A stretch of 64,000 nucleotides of DNA from Anthoceros angustus (lineage: Eukaryota; Plantae; Anthocerotophyta). The notes under the pieces are model-generated. The model made no database searches. It was not told the DNA's origin and saw nothing but the letters and a program-made list of their open reading frames with translations. Within the stretch, counting starts at the first letter, position 1. Each line of letters starts with the position of its first letter. The position numbers were made by a program, and so were the translations under genes. The stretch lies in NCBI GenBank assembly GCA_010909165.1, contig MU008185.1:372001-436000 (forward strand), read 5' to 3'. Below are positions 23,692 through 35,619 of the stretch, in pieces.

Positions 23692-24869
23692 GTTCACTCA
23701 CTTGGCCAATGGGAATTCGGTGTGGCCATGTTCCTTCATCCGTAACCAGACTGTAGTAGAATCATCGTTCCCAACAAGACATTGTTGGTGAAGCAAATTG
23801 CTTCTAATGCGGTCTCATTTGTCCTTTTCTGCTCATTTCTTGTTCAGTGGCTCGCATACAATTTGGAAGAGAAACAACTCCTTCTGTGGATGAACCTGTA
23901 GGTGAGAGCTCATGGACTTTAGGGAGGAAAGAACAAGGGAGTTATGGACTGTACTCTTTGGTTTCAAGAAGCAAGTCCAGATGTAAGCGTTCCTTGATCG
24001 AATGACTTCTAGTCCTTTTGCATATTAAATGTGTGTTCCATCTTCTTGAGCGGCCCAGGCTGGGACAGGATGTCCCTCACTCAAATCGCGTTTGAGGCTT
24101 GCCTTTCTTTCACGATGAGAAAACACAAAGCGCGGACAGTAGCTCACAGTGGCTAGTGCCAAACCCTCATCTCCGGTGTTAGGGCTATGACATTTTCGCT
24201 ATTGAAATCTGGATTAGGTTACTTTTCATGCATCACCGACAGCACAAACATGTATGTAAGTTTGTGTTGTCCTTCCAATTGTGCCGGTGACAGCAGAATG
24301 TCTGCGTGCCGTCCTAGGACTTTGAACAGCGGTTCCGCTTAACAACAGCAAATGGCGAGGTCTAGGCTGTGGGAATTTGCTTTGTGCAGCTGAAGTTTCT
24401 GCTGGATGACACTTACCTGTACCTAGAATCATTTGTGCCGGAATTTTAGAACTGTTGTCACAAGATAAGGAAAAATCCACATTAGGGAGGTGCACAAAAA
24501 GGGTTGAAAACGCCAAAAGGAACCCTTTAAAACAATAAATTTATCAAAATAAATACAAAATAAGCTCAAAAAATGCCAAAATTTTAAGATAAGTGCGCAC
24601 ACTTGTGCGCGCATTTGGCTCAAAAACTTGGATTTTTTTTTTTGGGAATTTTTGTATTTTTTAGATTTTTTACTTTTTTTTTCTTTGAATGAACCGTCTG
24701 GGAATGCACTAGTAGACATGAACCCTATGGGTTCATGCCCCTAAAGCTTCTTGACCCTACGTGCGTGCACCTAGGCCCCCTTGCCCCCTGGTGTGCACAC
24801 AAGTGCGCGCATCTTCACTTAGGGGTTTTTTCTCTTTTCCAGATTCTATTATTGCAGGAATTTGCTCGA

Positions 24870-25072
24870 AAGAAATGTGGAAAATAAGAACCAACCACAT
24901 TCAACTTTTCAACTTACCGGATATTTGATTATGCTTCATCAATAGTCTCTAGGGCAGACTCAAAATAGCAGTTAATTTTCATTATGCCCTATGTGTAACT
25001 CTGTCAAATCAGTCCCGTGACGGAAATTCGTCCTTAGTGGACTTAAATAAAATTCTTCTTCTTCTTCTTCTT
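24870..25072 (+). mobile_element. 5'-truncated LINE 3' end with AATAAA and (TTC)n tail
   Basis: Inverted homolog of ~25244-25430. Ends TCCTTAGTGGACTTAAATAAAATTC(TTC)n. Confidence 0.7.
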
Positions 25073-25073
25073 A

Positions 25074-25150
25074 CATCAAAACTCCGCAGTTAAGCGCCCT
25101 TGGGCCGGATTGGTGACCTCCTGGGAAGTCCCGGTGCTGCATGCACCCTT
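25074..25150 (+). rRNA. 5S rRNA fragment (5'-truncated, internally deleted pseudogene)
   Basis: CATCAAAACTCCGCAGTTAAGCGCCCTTGGGCCGG...GGTGACCTCCTGGGAAGTCCCGGTGCTGCAT matches the 3' two-thirds of plant 5S rRNA with a ~13-nt internal deletion. T-rich tract follows. Confidence 0.85.
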
Positions 25151-25243
25151 CGTCTCATCTTTTCTTCCACTCCTTTTTTTTTTCCCTTCTTCTTCTTCTT
25201 TCCATTTTGTGCTCTAGAGTTCTTTGCTTTCCTTTCCCCGAAT

Positions 25244-25700
25244 TTTATTGAAGTCCACTAAGAACGGATTTCCTTCATGTGACTCATTTGTGAGTTACAG
25301 AGGGCATAATGAGAATTAAGCGCTATTCGAGTCGGCCTTCAAACTAGTGTTGTGAAGCATAATCAAAATATCGGCGGTTGAAAAATTGAATATGTTGCGT
25401 TCTTATTTCCCACAATTTGTTTCAAGCAAACTCACGCAATAATAGGGTCAAACGGAGAAAACCCGGAGTGAAGATTGAGTTGTCGTAAGTAGATTGATAA
25501 AAGTATGCTTGACATCATCATAAATGGGATAGAGGAACACAAAGTGGTCTTGATCTCAACACCCTGTTGCATAACTTGCAAATTCTGGACTCCTTGGTGG
25601 CTTTGGGCGTGCATCTATCGGTCTCAATTCAATTCACGAGGGCAGTGAGACCCGATCTGAATATGACCCGTAATCATCCTAAGCTTGAAAGACACATGGG
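25244..25700 (-). mobile_element. LINE 3' fragment (zf-RVT zinc finger plus 3' UTR)
   Basis: Minus strand reads RICKLCNRV-xEDQDHFVFLYPIYDDVKHTF (CxxC..HxxxxC-like), then a UTR homologous to 24870-25055 ending in AATAAAATTC. Confidence 0.7.
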
Positions 25701-26602
25701 TGCGAAGATAGAGAAAGCAAAGGTTTCCCGAGTTGGGAGCGATCTGAAAAATTGTTTGTAGGTCTTGAGCTTAGTGGGTAAGGAGAGAGAGGAGACCAAG
25801 TATAGGACAAATAGGTAGTCAACAACAAAAATAGGTAGTCAAATATGTAGGCATAGCTCATCAACAAAAACCAAACCAACTCCTTTCTCCTTCTTACGTA
25901 AAAGTCGCGGCCTCGTCTGGGGCCTCGGCCAGCGCCAACTAGTTTTCGGGTAGTGCGGGTAAATTTTAGAGAGAGAATTGACCTTTTGGTCATTGTTTTA
26001 CCAGACGGTAAAATTCATTCTGATATAGTAGAAAATCATCTACCATCAAGGTACAAAACAATGAACCATCCAAGTGGGGTAAAAATATCTACCATCATGG
26101 TAGAAAATAGAGCACTAGAGAAAACATGGCGACCAAGTGAATACCATTTGGGTCTAGAAGCTCATTCTAGAAATCCCACCAAAATCGCTAATCGACAAAA
26201 ATATTTTACATTAAATAATATTCATGCGGATCCGGGATATACAAAAACCAACAAAGAAACCTTTTCTTTGCGAGTTTCTGTATATCGAATGGCATGAAAT
26301 ACAAATTCAACTAATGAAGAGTAAATACGGAATAGATTGAACTCGCTAGATTGAACTCTACTTCAACAACAATGGAACCTACAAACAAAGCAGCGACACA
26401 CAAACCGTGATTAGGTGATACTAGAAAACACTGAAATAATCATAGCAAATACTTAGAAATGATACTCACCTTATTTAGGAAATTGGTACAATTATCTGAT
26501 TGAAAGCGTAATTTTCACGACCACTTGGCTTGATTGGCACTTATGCGGCATCATTCTTGGCAACCAATTGATGAAGGCGAGGACTTGGGAAATTGTCCGG
26601 CT

Positions 26603-27091
26603 TCACGCAAGGTGACAACCTAATAAAATACAACCATTGATTTTCAATGTCTGGCGATTAATAAAGAGCATAAGAAAACTTACCAATCCTGACGGATTTT
26701 CGCAGATAGCAGTGCAAATATCTCGAGGCACATTCTTCTGCTCCTGTTCTCTTTTCCACTGCAGTCTTCGAACCTCTTGCTGCTCTATCTGCTGCTGCTT
26801 CAGTTTCTCTTGATGCTTAATGTGCTCTTGTCTCCTCTCCACATTTCTCCGCCTCTGAATCTCAAGGGCTTTCTCTCTTTGCTTAGAGACTCGTAATTCA
26901 ACTGCTTTACGCCTCTGTCTCTCTATAAGAGCCTCCAAATCCTTTTGCCGCTGAAACTCCAATTCCTGTTTCTGTCTATCATACTCCAATTCCCGTACTC
27001 GCGCAATCTCAGCAAGCCGCTGCTCAAAGCCACTTCCATTTCCATTTGCAGTCACAGGCTGCAATACAATATCCAGAGGTGCTACCACCAC
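26603..27091 (-). CDS. Unknown coiled-coil (E/Q/R/K-rich) protein fragment
   Basis: 162-aa ORF with a long charged helical stretch (FEQRLAEIARVRELEYDRQKQELEFQRQK...). Confidence 0.5.
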   Translation of the reverse strand: MVVAPLDIVLQPVTANGNGSGFEQRLAEIARVRELEYDRQKQELEFQRQKDLEALIERQRRKAVELRVSKQREKALEIQRRRNVERRQEHIKHQEKLKQQQIEQQEVRRLQWKREQEQKNVPRDICTAICENPSGLVSFLMLFINRQTLKINGCILLGCHLA

Positions 27092-28541
27092 ATTTACATC
27101 TGGTTAACCCGGATGGTGATCACACTCACTATGCACAATGCCCTCCAACGGAGGGACCCGCATCGACTTCCCTCGGTATCAATGTTGAAATGAGGGACAG
27201 TAAGGCTGCTTCCACTAGTCGCAGGATTCACAACCTGCCAAGATAAACATAATCAGGAAACTCCAAAAGAAGTGAAAACAAACAAACAGACAAAGAATCA
27301 ACCTTGTCAACATATGGAATTTCACTAGAACACCCAGTTGTTGGTCTGCTGTTATCCATCTGGATGCCTTGGCCACTGCTTTCAGGAGGTATGTTTGCAA
27401 CCAAAACACCACAGTCTCCCACCTGCCCGTAACAACAGAGACCAGTATGATTAAAACAGATCCAACATGGCCAGACTGCAACCAAGGAACCTGACAATAC
27501 CAACCTGAACTTCAGGACACAGTGGACCACATGGTGCAGAAAAACTCAGTTCGGTGCTGACATTGTTCAAAGGTGCCTTTCATGATGAACAACAGAGTTG
27601 CTGAGACCTAACACACAAAAAACAAGTCAGGACACAGGATTTTGATAAGTCCCTACAAACTTGCAACAAATCTCAAACACTTACATTGTTAACTGTTGCA
27701 CTCGCAAGTCTTGATCTTGGTGACTAGAAAATACAATTTGAGTCACATTGAGGGGCGGTTGGCGGAAGAACACCCCTTAAATCATCACGCATCCGATTCG
27801 GTTCTTCGTTCAAAAGCTCTGATAGGATCGCGTTCACCCACTACTAGAAACACTGCCTATGTAACGTTTTTGTTGTAGTTCTTGTTATGGTGATCACAAA
27901 GCGTTACAACGGATGGTATGGGAGAGACTCACACAAGCCTAAGTTTGTTACATTGTCTTACCCTTCTCTCTACTTGAATGGGTGCGACATGCTTCCCTCC
28001 AACCGCACGTCCCTCTTTCTCACTTATCTATAGTAAAAATAGTTTCACTACTTGGTACACCGGAGGTCCCAGTTCTAGTTCCATTGTCGATCGGGCCCGT
28101 GAACTCCCTTGTAATTATGTTCATCCACGCCCTCCCACGCGTGGTCCGCAGCCTCTTGTCATGCTCGCTTTTTCATGCACCTTCCCTTAAAATATCTTTG
28201 GAAAACCTCACGCCACATCCACTTGGTGGGTTCCACTCTTGCTCGCACCGGGTGGGCGGGTTCTCCCTGTGAGGCGTTTGGCTGTTTTGTCTTGTCTTGG
28301 GTATCCGGGCCCGGGACGTGCCTTGTGGAAAACCGTGACATGGTGATGTTGTTCCGGTACCCTAAAACCGTATTTTCGGAAGTGGCATGTACGTACGATC
28401 CAACCCATACGAGATGGACAATGTACCCGCGCAGACGGTCAGTCATACGGTAAGGCTGCTGACTATGCCGGATGTCCGTTGCAGTATGCTGAGGATAACA
28501 GGATCAACAGTTCGATTGTCACGCCGAATACATTGCTGTTC

Positions 28542-29946
28542 TTAGAAGGTGTAAGCGACTCCAGTTACGCTGTTGTGAGTGTGAAGATGGAGACAAAAAG
28601 CAGAGCTCTGTGGGCTTGAGACCTCAGAATGGCGGCGCCACACGATTGGCCACTGCCTGCATACAACATCGCTCTCCCACACGTCGTGCTTCCAATGGTC
28701 GATTGAAGATTGGAATCCTTGGCTGGTAAATGTAAACAAAGGCAAACCACATTTTCTGGAGCCGTCGCTTTCGCCACATGGTTTGCGGCCATACCAAATC
28801 TTTGCACAAGAACAACGGATGGTGATCACAAAGCGTTACAACGGATGGTGATCACAAAGCGTTACAACGGATGGTGATCACAAAGCGTTACAACGGATGG
28901 TGATCACAAAGCGTTACAACGGATGGTGATCACACTCACTATGCACAATGCCCTCCAACGGAGGGACCACGCATCCGATTNCACTTCCTTGTTAAAATCG
29001 GTTAAACCACGAAAGAAAGACATCACTGCACAAGTGAAGATCGGCAATCGGTCATGTGAAAGGAAAGTCGAACTATCAAAATCAACAAGTAAGAAAACAT
29101 CACTACTTACGTTTCTGGAGAAAATCTGCTGTTGTCCTTCAGATTGCGAACTTGATGGAAAAAGGTATCGAATAAGATTTAGATCCTTGTGAGGAATATC
29201 CTCAACAGCAGTATCCCATCCACCACTCACTTTCATAAAGGCCACAGGCGACTTGACACGTTATTACGCGTTTGGACCTATCCTCCCCACCACTCAAAGC
29301 ATCATTCACGGCTCCTCACGGGGTGGGTCAAATCCACTCGAAAATTTCTTCATCATCAATTTCCTCCATACCCATGGCAAAGTCATCTTCGGGACCAGCA
29401 CACTTTAGCCTCTCAAACATATCGAGCACTTCTTGATCAGGGATGACCCCAGGGTCAGGAACCACAACAGGCATGGAAAACTGCCCAGCCTGTAAAGCAT
29501 CCTGTTCAACGACAGGACACAAATCTCTAGACTCCAGACAGGCTTTGGCAGCACTCACAACCATGGGATCGTCAGTTATCAAGAAATCATTCTCCCCCAC
29601 AAACTGGACCCCTCTCACAGACAATGGGACATAGTTAGTAATCTCCGCAAGAGGACCTTCAACCAATGCCACAGTCAGTGTCCACCCTTCTCCTCTTCGC
29701 CTCAATGCGTCGAGCATCCTTCTTGGATGAGAAGTGCCTTGGCGGTTTAGGAATGCCTTTTTGGAACTAAATATGTTCCTTCACTGCACCAAGACACCAT
29801 CAACTTTACCATCATCCTGCGGTGGATGAGTTGCGATGTGGAGCGGTGACTTGACACCTTTGTCAGTGTATGAGCTTAGCCATGACTTGACCGAGGACCC
29901 TTGCTTCTTTCCGGTCAAGGCCCGGTGGGTTTCCTTTTGGGTGCCA
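28542..29946 (-). pseudogene. Frameshifted ORF of unknown function beginning MAPKRKPTG
   Basis: Consecutive same-strand ORF pieces 29781-30017, 29328-29717, 28904-29245 and 28542-28829 with protein-like composition. Interrupted by the 26-bp array. Confidence 0.4.
28812..28933. repeat. 26-bp perfect tandem array (4.7 copies)
   Basis: ACAACGGATGGTGATCACAAAGCGTT starts at 28812, 28838, 28864, 28890, with a partial copy at 28916. A single related copy lies at 27888-27918. Confidence 0.95.
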
Positions 29947-31776
29947 TCGCAAGCCAAAAAATTAGAGTGGACAAGGAACACAACATAAAGAACAAACAAA
30001 ACCAAACAAAAAAACACTTACGTGGTGTTGAACTTCCAACTTCTGCTGAAGGGTCTAAGATGATTATAAAACAATTTAAGAGAAGGGAGGTGTGGGGATA
30101 GCACACATTCATTGAATCTACACATTGTTAAATTTTGATCCCTCCACTTTATGTTAGTGAGGAAACTCCTTTCAAACCACATACTTCTGTAATTAGACCC
30201 TTTTGCCAATAATATCAAAAAAAAACAGCAAAAATGTTAGGCCTGATCGGACAGCATACTAGGAGATTCAATGGACAAATCAGCAAGGTTATCACGATTC
30301 ACGAGACGAGTAGAATGTTGGCGAGCCAACCCTTCACACGATGGAATGCCTACACACACAATTTGATGGATTAGATAACTTAAAAGTGGTAGCAAAGCAA
30401 ACTTGACAAAAGCGGCACATATGGCATATCAAAACCATCATTCTAACGTAAAGTTGACATACGGATCAAGGGTTACACCATGGACAAATTTCCTCGACAA
30501 AGCATGCGCCAAAACAAAACAAATAAGAACAAGAATGCACGCTGCGGGCTTAAAAAGACAACGACATCCTGATTAAGTGTGATGCAAAGGATGATAAATG
30601 TAAAATACAAGACAAATGAACTAACATGTATTACACCCTGTTTACCAACCTTTCCACTAGAAAATCTTGAAATTACTTCTGCGTCAAGCAGACAAAGACA
30701 ATGAAAAATAATACAAGCTCAAGAAATCTGTGATTTTCAAAAGCGGCATCTACATAAAGCGACTAAAGAGTTCATTGGCGTACAAACAAAATCCAAATAT
30801 GTTGCCACATAGAAACATAGCATCAAAAGCAAGAGAAGGTAAGAACACGACAAGAAACACCAAAACTTTGTGACAGTCAACATTGCGTGAAAAAAACAAA
30901 GCTTATCAAACAACAAAATGACTAAGCAAGCGAGAGAAAATAGCGTGACAAAACAAAAAAAAGCCATGGAACAACGCATAAAGCGAGACACAAAGTGACT
31001 TGAGACAAAACCAACAAGTTATAGCTACAAGGTGAAAACAAGCTTGAAGATGAAAATGCATAAGCAGACCTAAACAAACAGCTTGAAACAAGCAAAACTC
31101 TGGACAGCGAATCTGCTGGTCGATTTCAAAAAACGACACAATCGGCGATGGCGTCACAAACAAGTCAACAAGAGAGTAACAATCGAGAACCAAGCTTATC
31201 AAAAGTTGATTTAACGACACAAGAGCGTCAAACAGAACACACATCGCCCGAAAACAAGCAAGATGCAAGCGACAAGCCATGACCACACGACAACAAGCGG
31301 CAAGAAAGGTCGGCAACAATCAACGAACGACCGTTAAGAAGGTCAAAAGCAAAATCACTCATGGAACAGACAACCTTCAACTAGATGCAACAATACTGAC
31401 AAAAAGCGCGACAATCACGCTTGTCGTTTTCACAAAAAGCAAGCAAACTCCGTCGACGCATCAAGCGACAAATAAACAAGACAACCTAAGAAGAAATCAA
31501 CTAGCAGCGGAGCTATCGGCGTAAACCTCATCATAGCAAAGTAGTCATTCCCTATGAGGAATCATACGGCAAAACAACGCCACACGAGATAAAAAAAAGC
31601 CTCGAACAAAGCAAGGTAGAAAACATAAACGAACACAAGAACAACCGCACCGACCATACCGGGCGCGAACACCACCGTAGCGAAACAACACCAAAACCGC
31701 ACAAACAACAAACAAGAAACAATAGGCGAGAAACAACAGAAAATAACGTAGCGCAAATGACGGCAAAAAGCATTAA

Positions 31777-32125
31777 CCTTGGCCGACCTCGCCTCAGCAA
31801 TCAACCTTGGCCAAGCAACAAGCCTGGCCTTGACAGCAAACCCTTGGCCTTGAAAGAACCAAGACCAGCAACACCTTGGCCAAGCACGACAGACCTTGGC
31901 CTGAAAGTGAACAAGCCTTCAAACACAACTTGGCGAAAACTACAAAGCCTGAAGCCTAAAGCCTAGAACACCTTGGCCTTCAAAGAAGGCTACAAAACAC
32001 AAGCCTTGAGAGCATCACTTTGGCTCAACCGAACTAGACAACTCATGGACTTGAACAAGCACAGCATGCACAAGGCATGCCTACAAACAGCAGCCTTGCC
32101 CACCAAAGCGAAAAGACCTTGGCTG
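31777..32125. repeat. Irregularly spaced CCTTGGCC motif cluster in an A/C-rich tract
   Basis: Perfect copies at 31777, 31805, 31842, 31874, 31894 and 31971, plus degenerate ones. Confidence 0.75.
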
Positions 32126-32189
32126 ACAAAACGACAACGCTAACACGCGACCTCGGCCTCAAAACAGAATGCAGACCTCCCGCTGGAAG

Positions 32190-32215
32190 CCATTTATATA
32201 GGCCACAAACCCTAA
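32190..32215 (-). promoter_or_regulatory. Candidate TATA box (CCTATATAAATGG, minus strand) next to a telo-box AAACCCTAA
   Basis: Motif match at 32190-32202 and telo-box at 32207-32215, close to a strand-skew switch. Confidence 0.35.
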
Positions 32216-33689
32216 ACACTCTCCCTCTGGCGCGTTCTCTCTCTACCAAACATTTGAATTAGAACCTAAGATTCCGGGATTCCAACCCTCGTAGGTTCGC
32301 CATTCGCCGCCCTCAACCAAACCTAGGTTCTTGATTCCAAACCTAGCCTAACACCAAACCTAATCTCGAACCTCGGGCGTAACGAACCTACCGTTCAACC
32401 ACGGTACCCGCCCCCCTCGAACCATCTAAGAACCAGCGGCCACCTAGGGTTTGATTCTTACGCCCAACACGCCGCTCGCGCGATGTGGTCGGCTCGGGTT
32501 GATCGGGCGGTGCCTTTTGCCGTTTGGCTCCTCGGGAAGGTCTGGAGCGCAATGGCTCCTTCCCTTGTCACGCCCACCACATGCGTCGTTTGATGCGCTT
32601 CTTCTGCCTTTCTTGATTCGCCCTGTCACCAATTTGCGCGATCTACGCCCAATCGATCCGTCTCTTTTGCAGCTCATCTGGCATCCGACACGCTCACGCC
32701 ACCGCCCTCAAGACAACAAAGTCTCTTTGCGTCCTTCGTGACGTAAACCCACTAAGGTAGTGTGGTTCCTTACTTGGTTGAAGTCCTTTCTTGCCACTAT
32801 CTTTGTGGGCTCTTTTCAACCATGCTAGTGCATGAGCTGTCGCTCTGTCGGTTTCCCTTGAGCGCCTTTCTCACAAGTCATATGTTTTGTAGAAACTCAG
32901 ACCCACAAAAGACCCTTCAAGTTCCACGAGGACCTCGACCGCCCTCTTGACGTCGGCCTTATTACCTTGGTTGTTTCCTTTCTGCTGTCACAGTCACCCC
33001 CTGCGCGATCGGCGGCTTGTCTTTTGTCGCGTTTGCGATCGGATTATCTCTGCCTTTTCACCTAGGTCACAACAGCTTTCGTTGCACTTGTGGTGCGTCT
33101 CGAACTCTCGGCGTAAGTCCTTGTTGCTTGCTTTGCATCACGCATCACGGATTGAAGAGCATACCTCTGCAGTCGCGGGCATGGCGTCGCATGATTTTGC
33201 CATTTGCTCCGGACGCCAGGTGCACGACTCAAAAAGCGTGTGTTCCGATAAGTTGCGGTAGCTTCTTTATGCGATTTCTCCTTTGTCCCATCGATCGTCG
33301 GTACCTTGCGGCATCGTTGTGATCTATGCATGTTTCATTTTTGTATCAGTTCTTTAGTCTGTCGGTCTCCACGCAGTCTTTAGGTATCGATTGTTCAAGA
33401 TTGGTGCTCAAACATTTTCGATGCGAGAACAAACAATTGGCTCGCGTGAAGCACTCGGGCGTTGATCGTGAGCGTAAGTTGCCCTTGCTCAACCGTTGAT
33501 GTTTCGGCGATTTTCATGTTTGATTTGCGTGCATCTACTTCTAATGGCCTTTTTGGCGGAATCGGGATGGAATCGAACGGCAGCAATAACGATTTTCAAA
33601 TCCAAGAAGGTACTTGATTGCTCACATATTTTATTTTTGATTGTTCTATGATTCCTTACTTTTACTAATACTTGTTGCACAACCCTGCG

Positions 33690-34975
33690 CGGCAACTACG
33701 GATGCCACCACAGCGCCTCGACAAATTACTTCCACCCATGGGGATCCGGGATATGCATGCGAGTTTGAACCACCTGGAGATAAGGAAAATCGTAGAAAAA
33801 GGTATTCGGAAAAATGATTGCGATTAGTCATATGTTCTCGTTGGTCGAGTCTAACAAAACCCGTGGGTTTGCGGTCCTCTGCGAGCACACAATGTTCTCT
33901 GTCATGGACAAACAAGACCTCAAGCATCTTTGCGAGATGCCTGCCCAGTTGAATAAGATAAAGAAGGTAAGCACTTTTCTTTAATTCATCTAATTATGCT
34001 CAATTTTAAAATCTTAACACTAAATCTATCTCTGCAGGATATCAAAAAGAACCTTCGAACAACAGCCCAATTGGAGCTGGAAACGTACACACTTGTGGAA
34101 AGGTTTAATGGACACCAGATTTCAATGCAAACAATGTTGGAGGGATATCAAAGTTCAATCCAGGCAATACTGGAGGTAATCTGAAATCCCTAATGCGTTC
34201 ATACCTTTTTCTTCACATGCTTCTTTGCTCATAACATGGGATTACGAATCTTTGGAAAACAATTTGCCAAAAACATAAAGGACAAAGTCGATAAGATTGA
34301 CAACAACATTGACAACGCAGCCATCTCCAATCGATACAAAAGTATTAGGTATATAATGTGCATTAATATGATTTGGTTTAAGAAATTAATGATTTTGGTT
34401 TTGATCGGGCAAAAAGAGAAAAATTGATGACTTGAGGAGGATGGACCAACTTACGGGCCGTCACTTGAGTTCACGAGTTTGGAAAGTGGATGAGCAATTT
34501 TCAATATCCACCACTTTTCAAGACTTTAAAGATAAGTATTCGCACTTTGGGAGCATAGTCTAAAAGAGCAAGTAAAGCTGACCCATCTTGAATGAAGATG
34601 GGTCCAACCCAACATTCGATGCAGACAAATCCAAGCAAGTAAGTGCGATAACTTCTCTTTTTCACTATTATTTTCATTACATATAATTCTATGTATTTAA
34701 TTACATGCGCATTGAATGCGAGAGATAGGGGCACAATTGAAAATAAGGAGTTGAAAAGCGACAGACTTGTTGTCTCTCATGGAAGAACCGAGACAACTAA
34801 AACATTCAAAAGGTACATCGTTTGAAAGGTAATATCGCATTCAAAAAAATTCTAATGTTTATGTTTCTTGAACATACGATCACATTTCAGCATGTGGGGA
34901 ATCTTCACAGCACGTGTTTAACGCTTGTCGAAAAGGTATATGCAAAGAAAGATCTTCTCCAATTGAAATGGAGGT
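33690..34975 (+). pseudogene. Multi-exon gene remnant of unknown function
   Basis: Coding-like blocks (MPPQRLDKLLPPMG...; DIKKNLRTTAQLELETY...) separated by GTAAG...CAG and GTAAT introns. Confidence 0.35.
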
Positions 34976-35619
34976 AAATGACTAATTACTTTTACTTTTT
35001 GTTTGTAGTTATCGGAGAATCAAAGCGAGTTGTTTTCACTCTTTGAGGTGAGTACTAAAGTTAAAAATAGATAAGTTTTTATATGAATTCGACATCGGTT
35101 TAAATTGCGAAATATTCTCGCTTGGATGAAATATTGAAATGATAATACATTTATCTGGACCATACAATCAAGCTCAAAAAGTACTATTACGAAGAGCAGG
35201 GACAGAACCATATTACACTCCATCTACTCCAATAGAATATGTGTGATTTAACCAAAATATTTTGATTAGAGCCTAATTACGTGATGATAATCCTTTTATT
35301 GTGTAAAAAGTTGAAAAAAACGAAAAATAATCTGATGGTGAAGGAAATTCTTGTAAGAGAGAAATGACATATAAGCCGGGTGGTATAGGCACCCGGTCTA
35401 AACAAGTTCACGGACCTCGGCTCGCCTCGATGCCGGTCGAGTTAGGCGCGTCTCGGCCCCAGACTCGGCGCTCCCTTACGCCGAGGCGACGTCGGGCGCG
35501 GCCTAGAAACGGTCTCGGCCTCACGGCCTCGGCGTTCTCGGTATGGCGCCCTCCGGCGTCCGTTCTAATCATAGCTATTACAACCCGCCATTTATCCATC
35601 TGTAGCTTCCGGAAAATCT

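Larger units (their letters stand above)
14681..24462 (+). repeat. ~9.8-kb direct segmental duplication, copy B
   Basis: Colinear with 122-9751. Confidence 0.95.

Noticed and set aside
25074-25150. Functional 5S rRNA gene or Cassandra TRIM
   Set aside because: The first ~35 nt are missing, there is an internal deletion, and there are no flanking LTR pair, PBS or PPT.
28812-28933. CRISPR-like array
   Set aside because: Units are head-to-tail with no unique spacers, there are no cas genes, and the context is eukaryotic.
32207-32215. Interstitial telomere array
   Set aside because: Only a single AAACCCTAA with a few degenerate neighbours.
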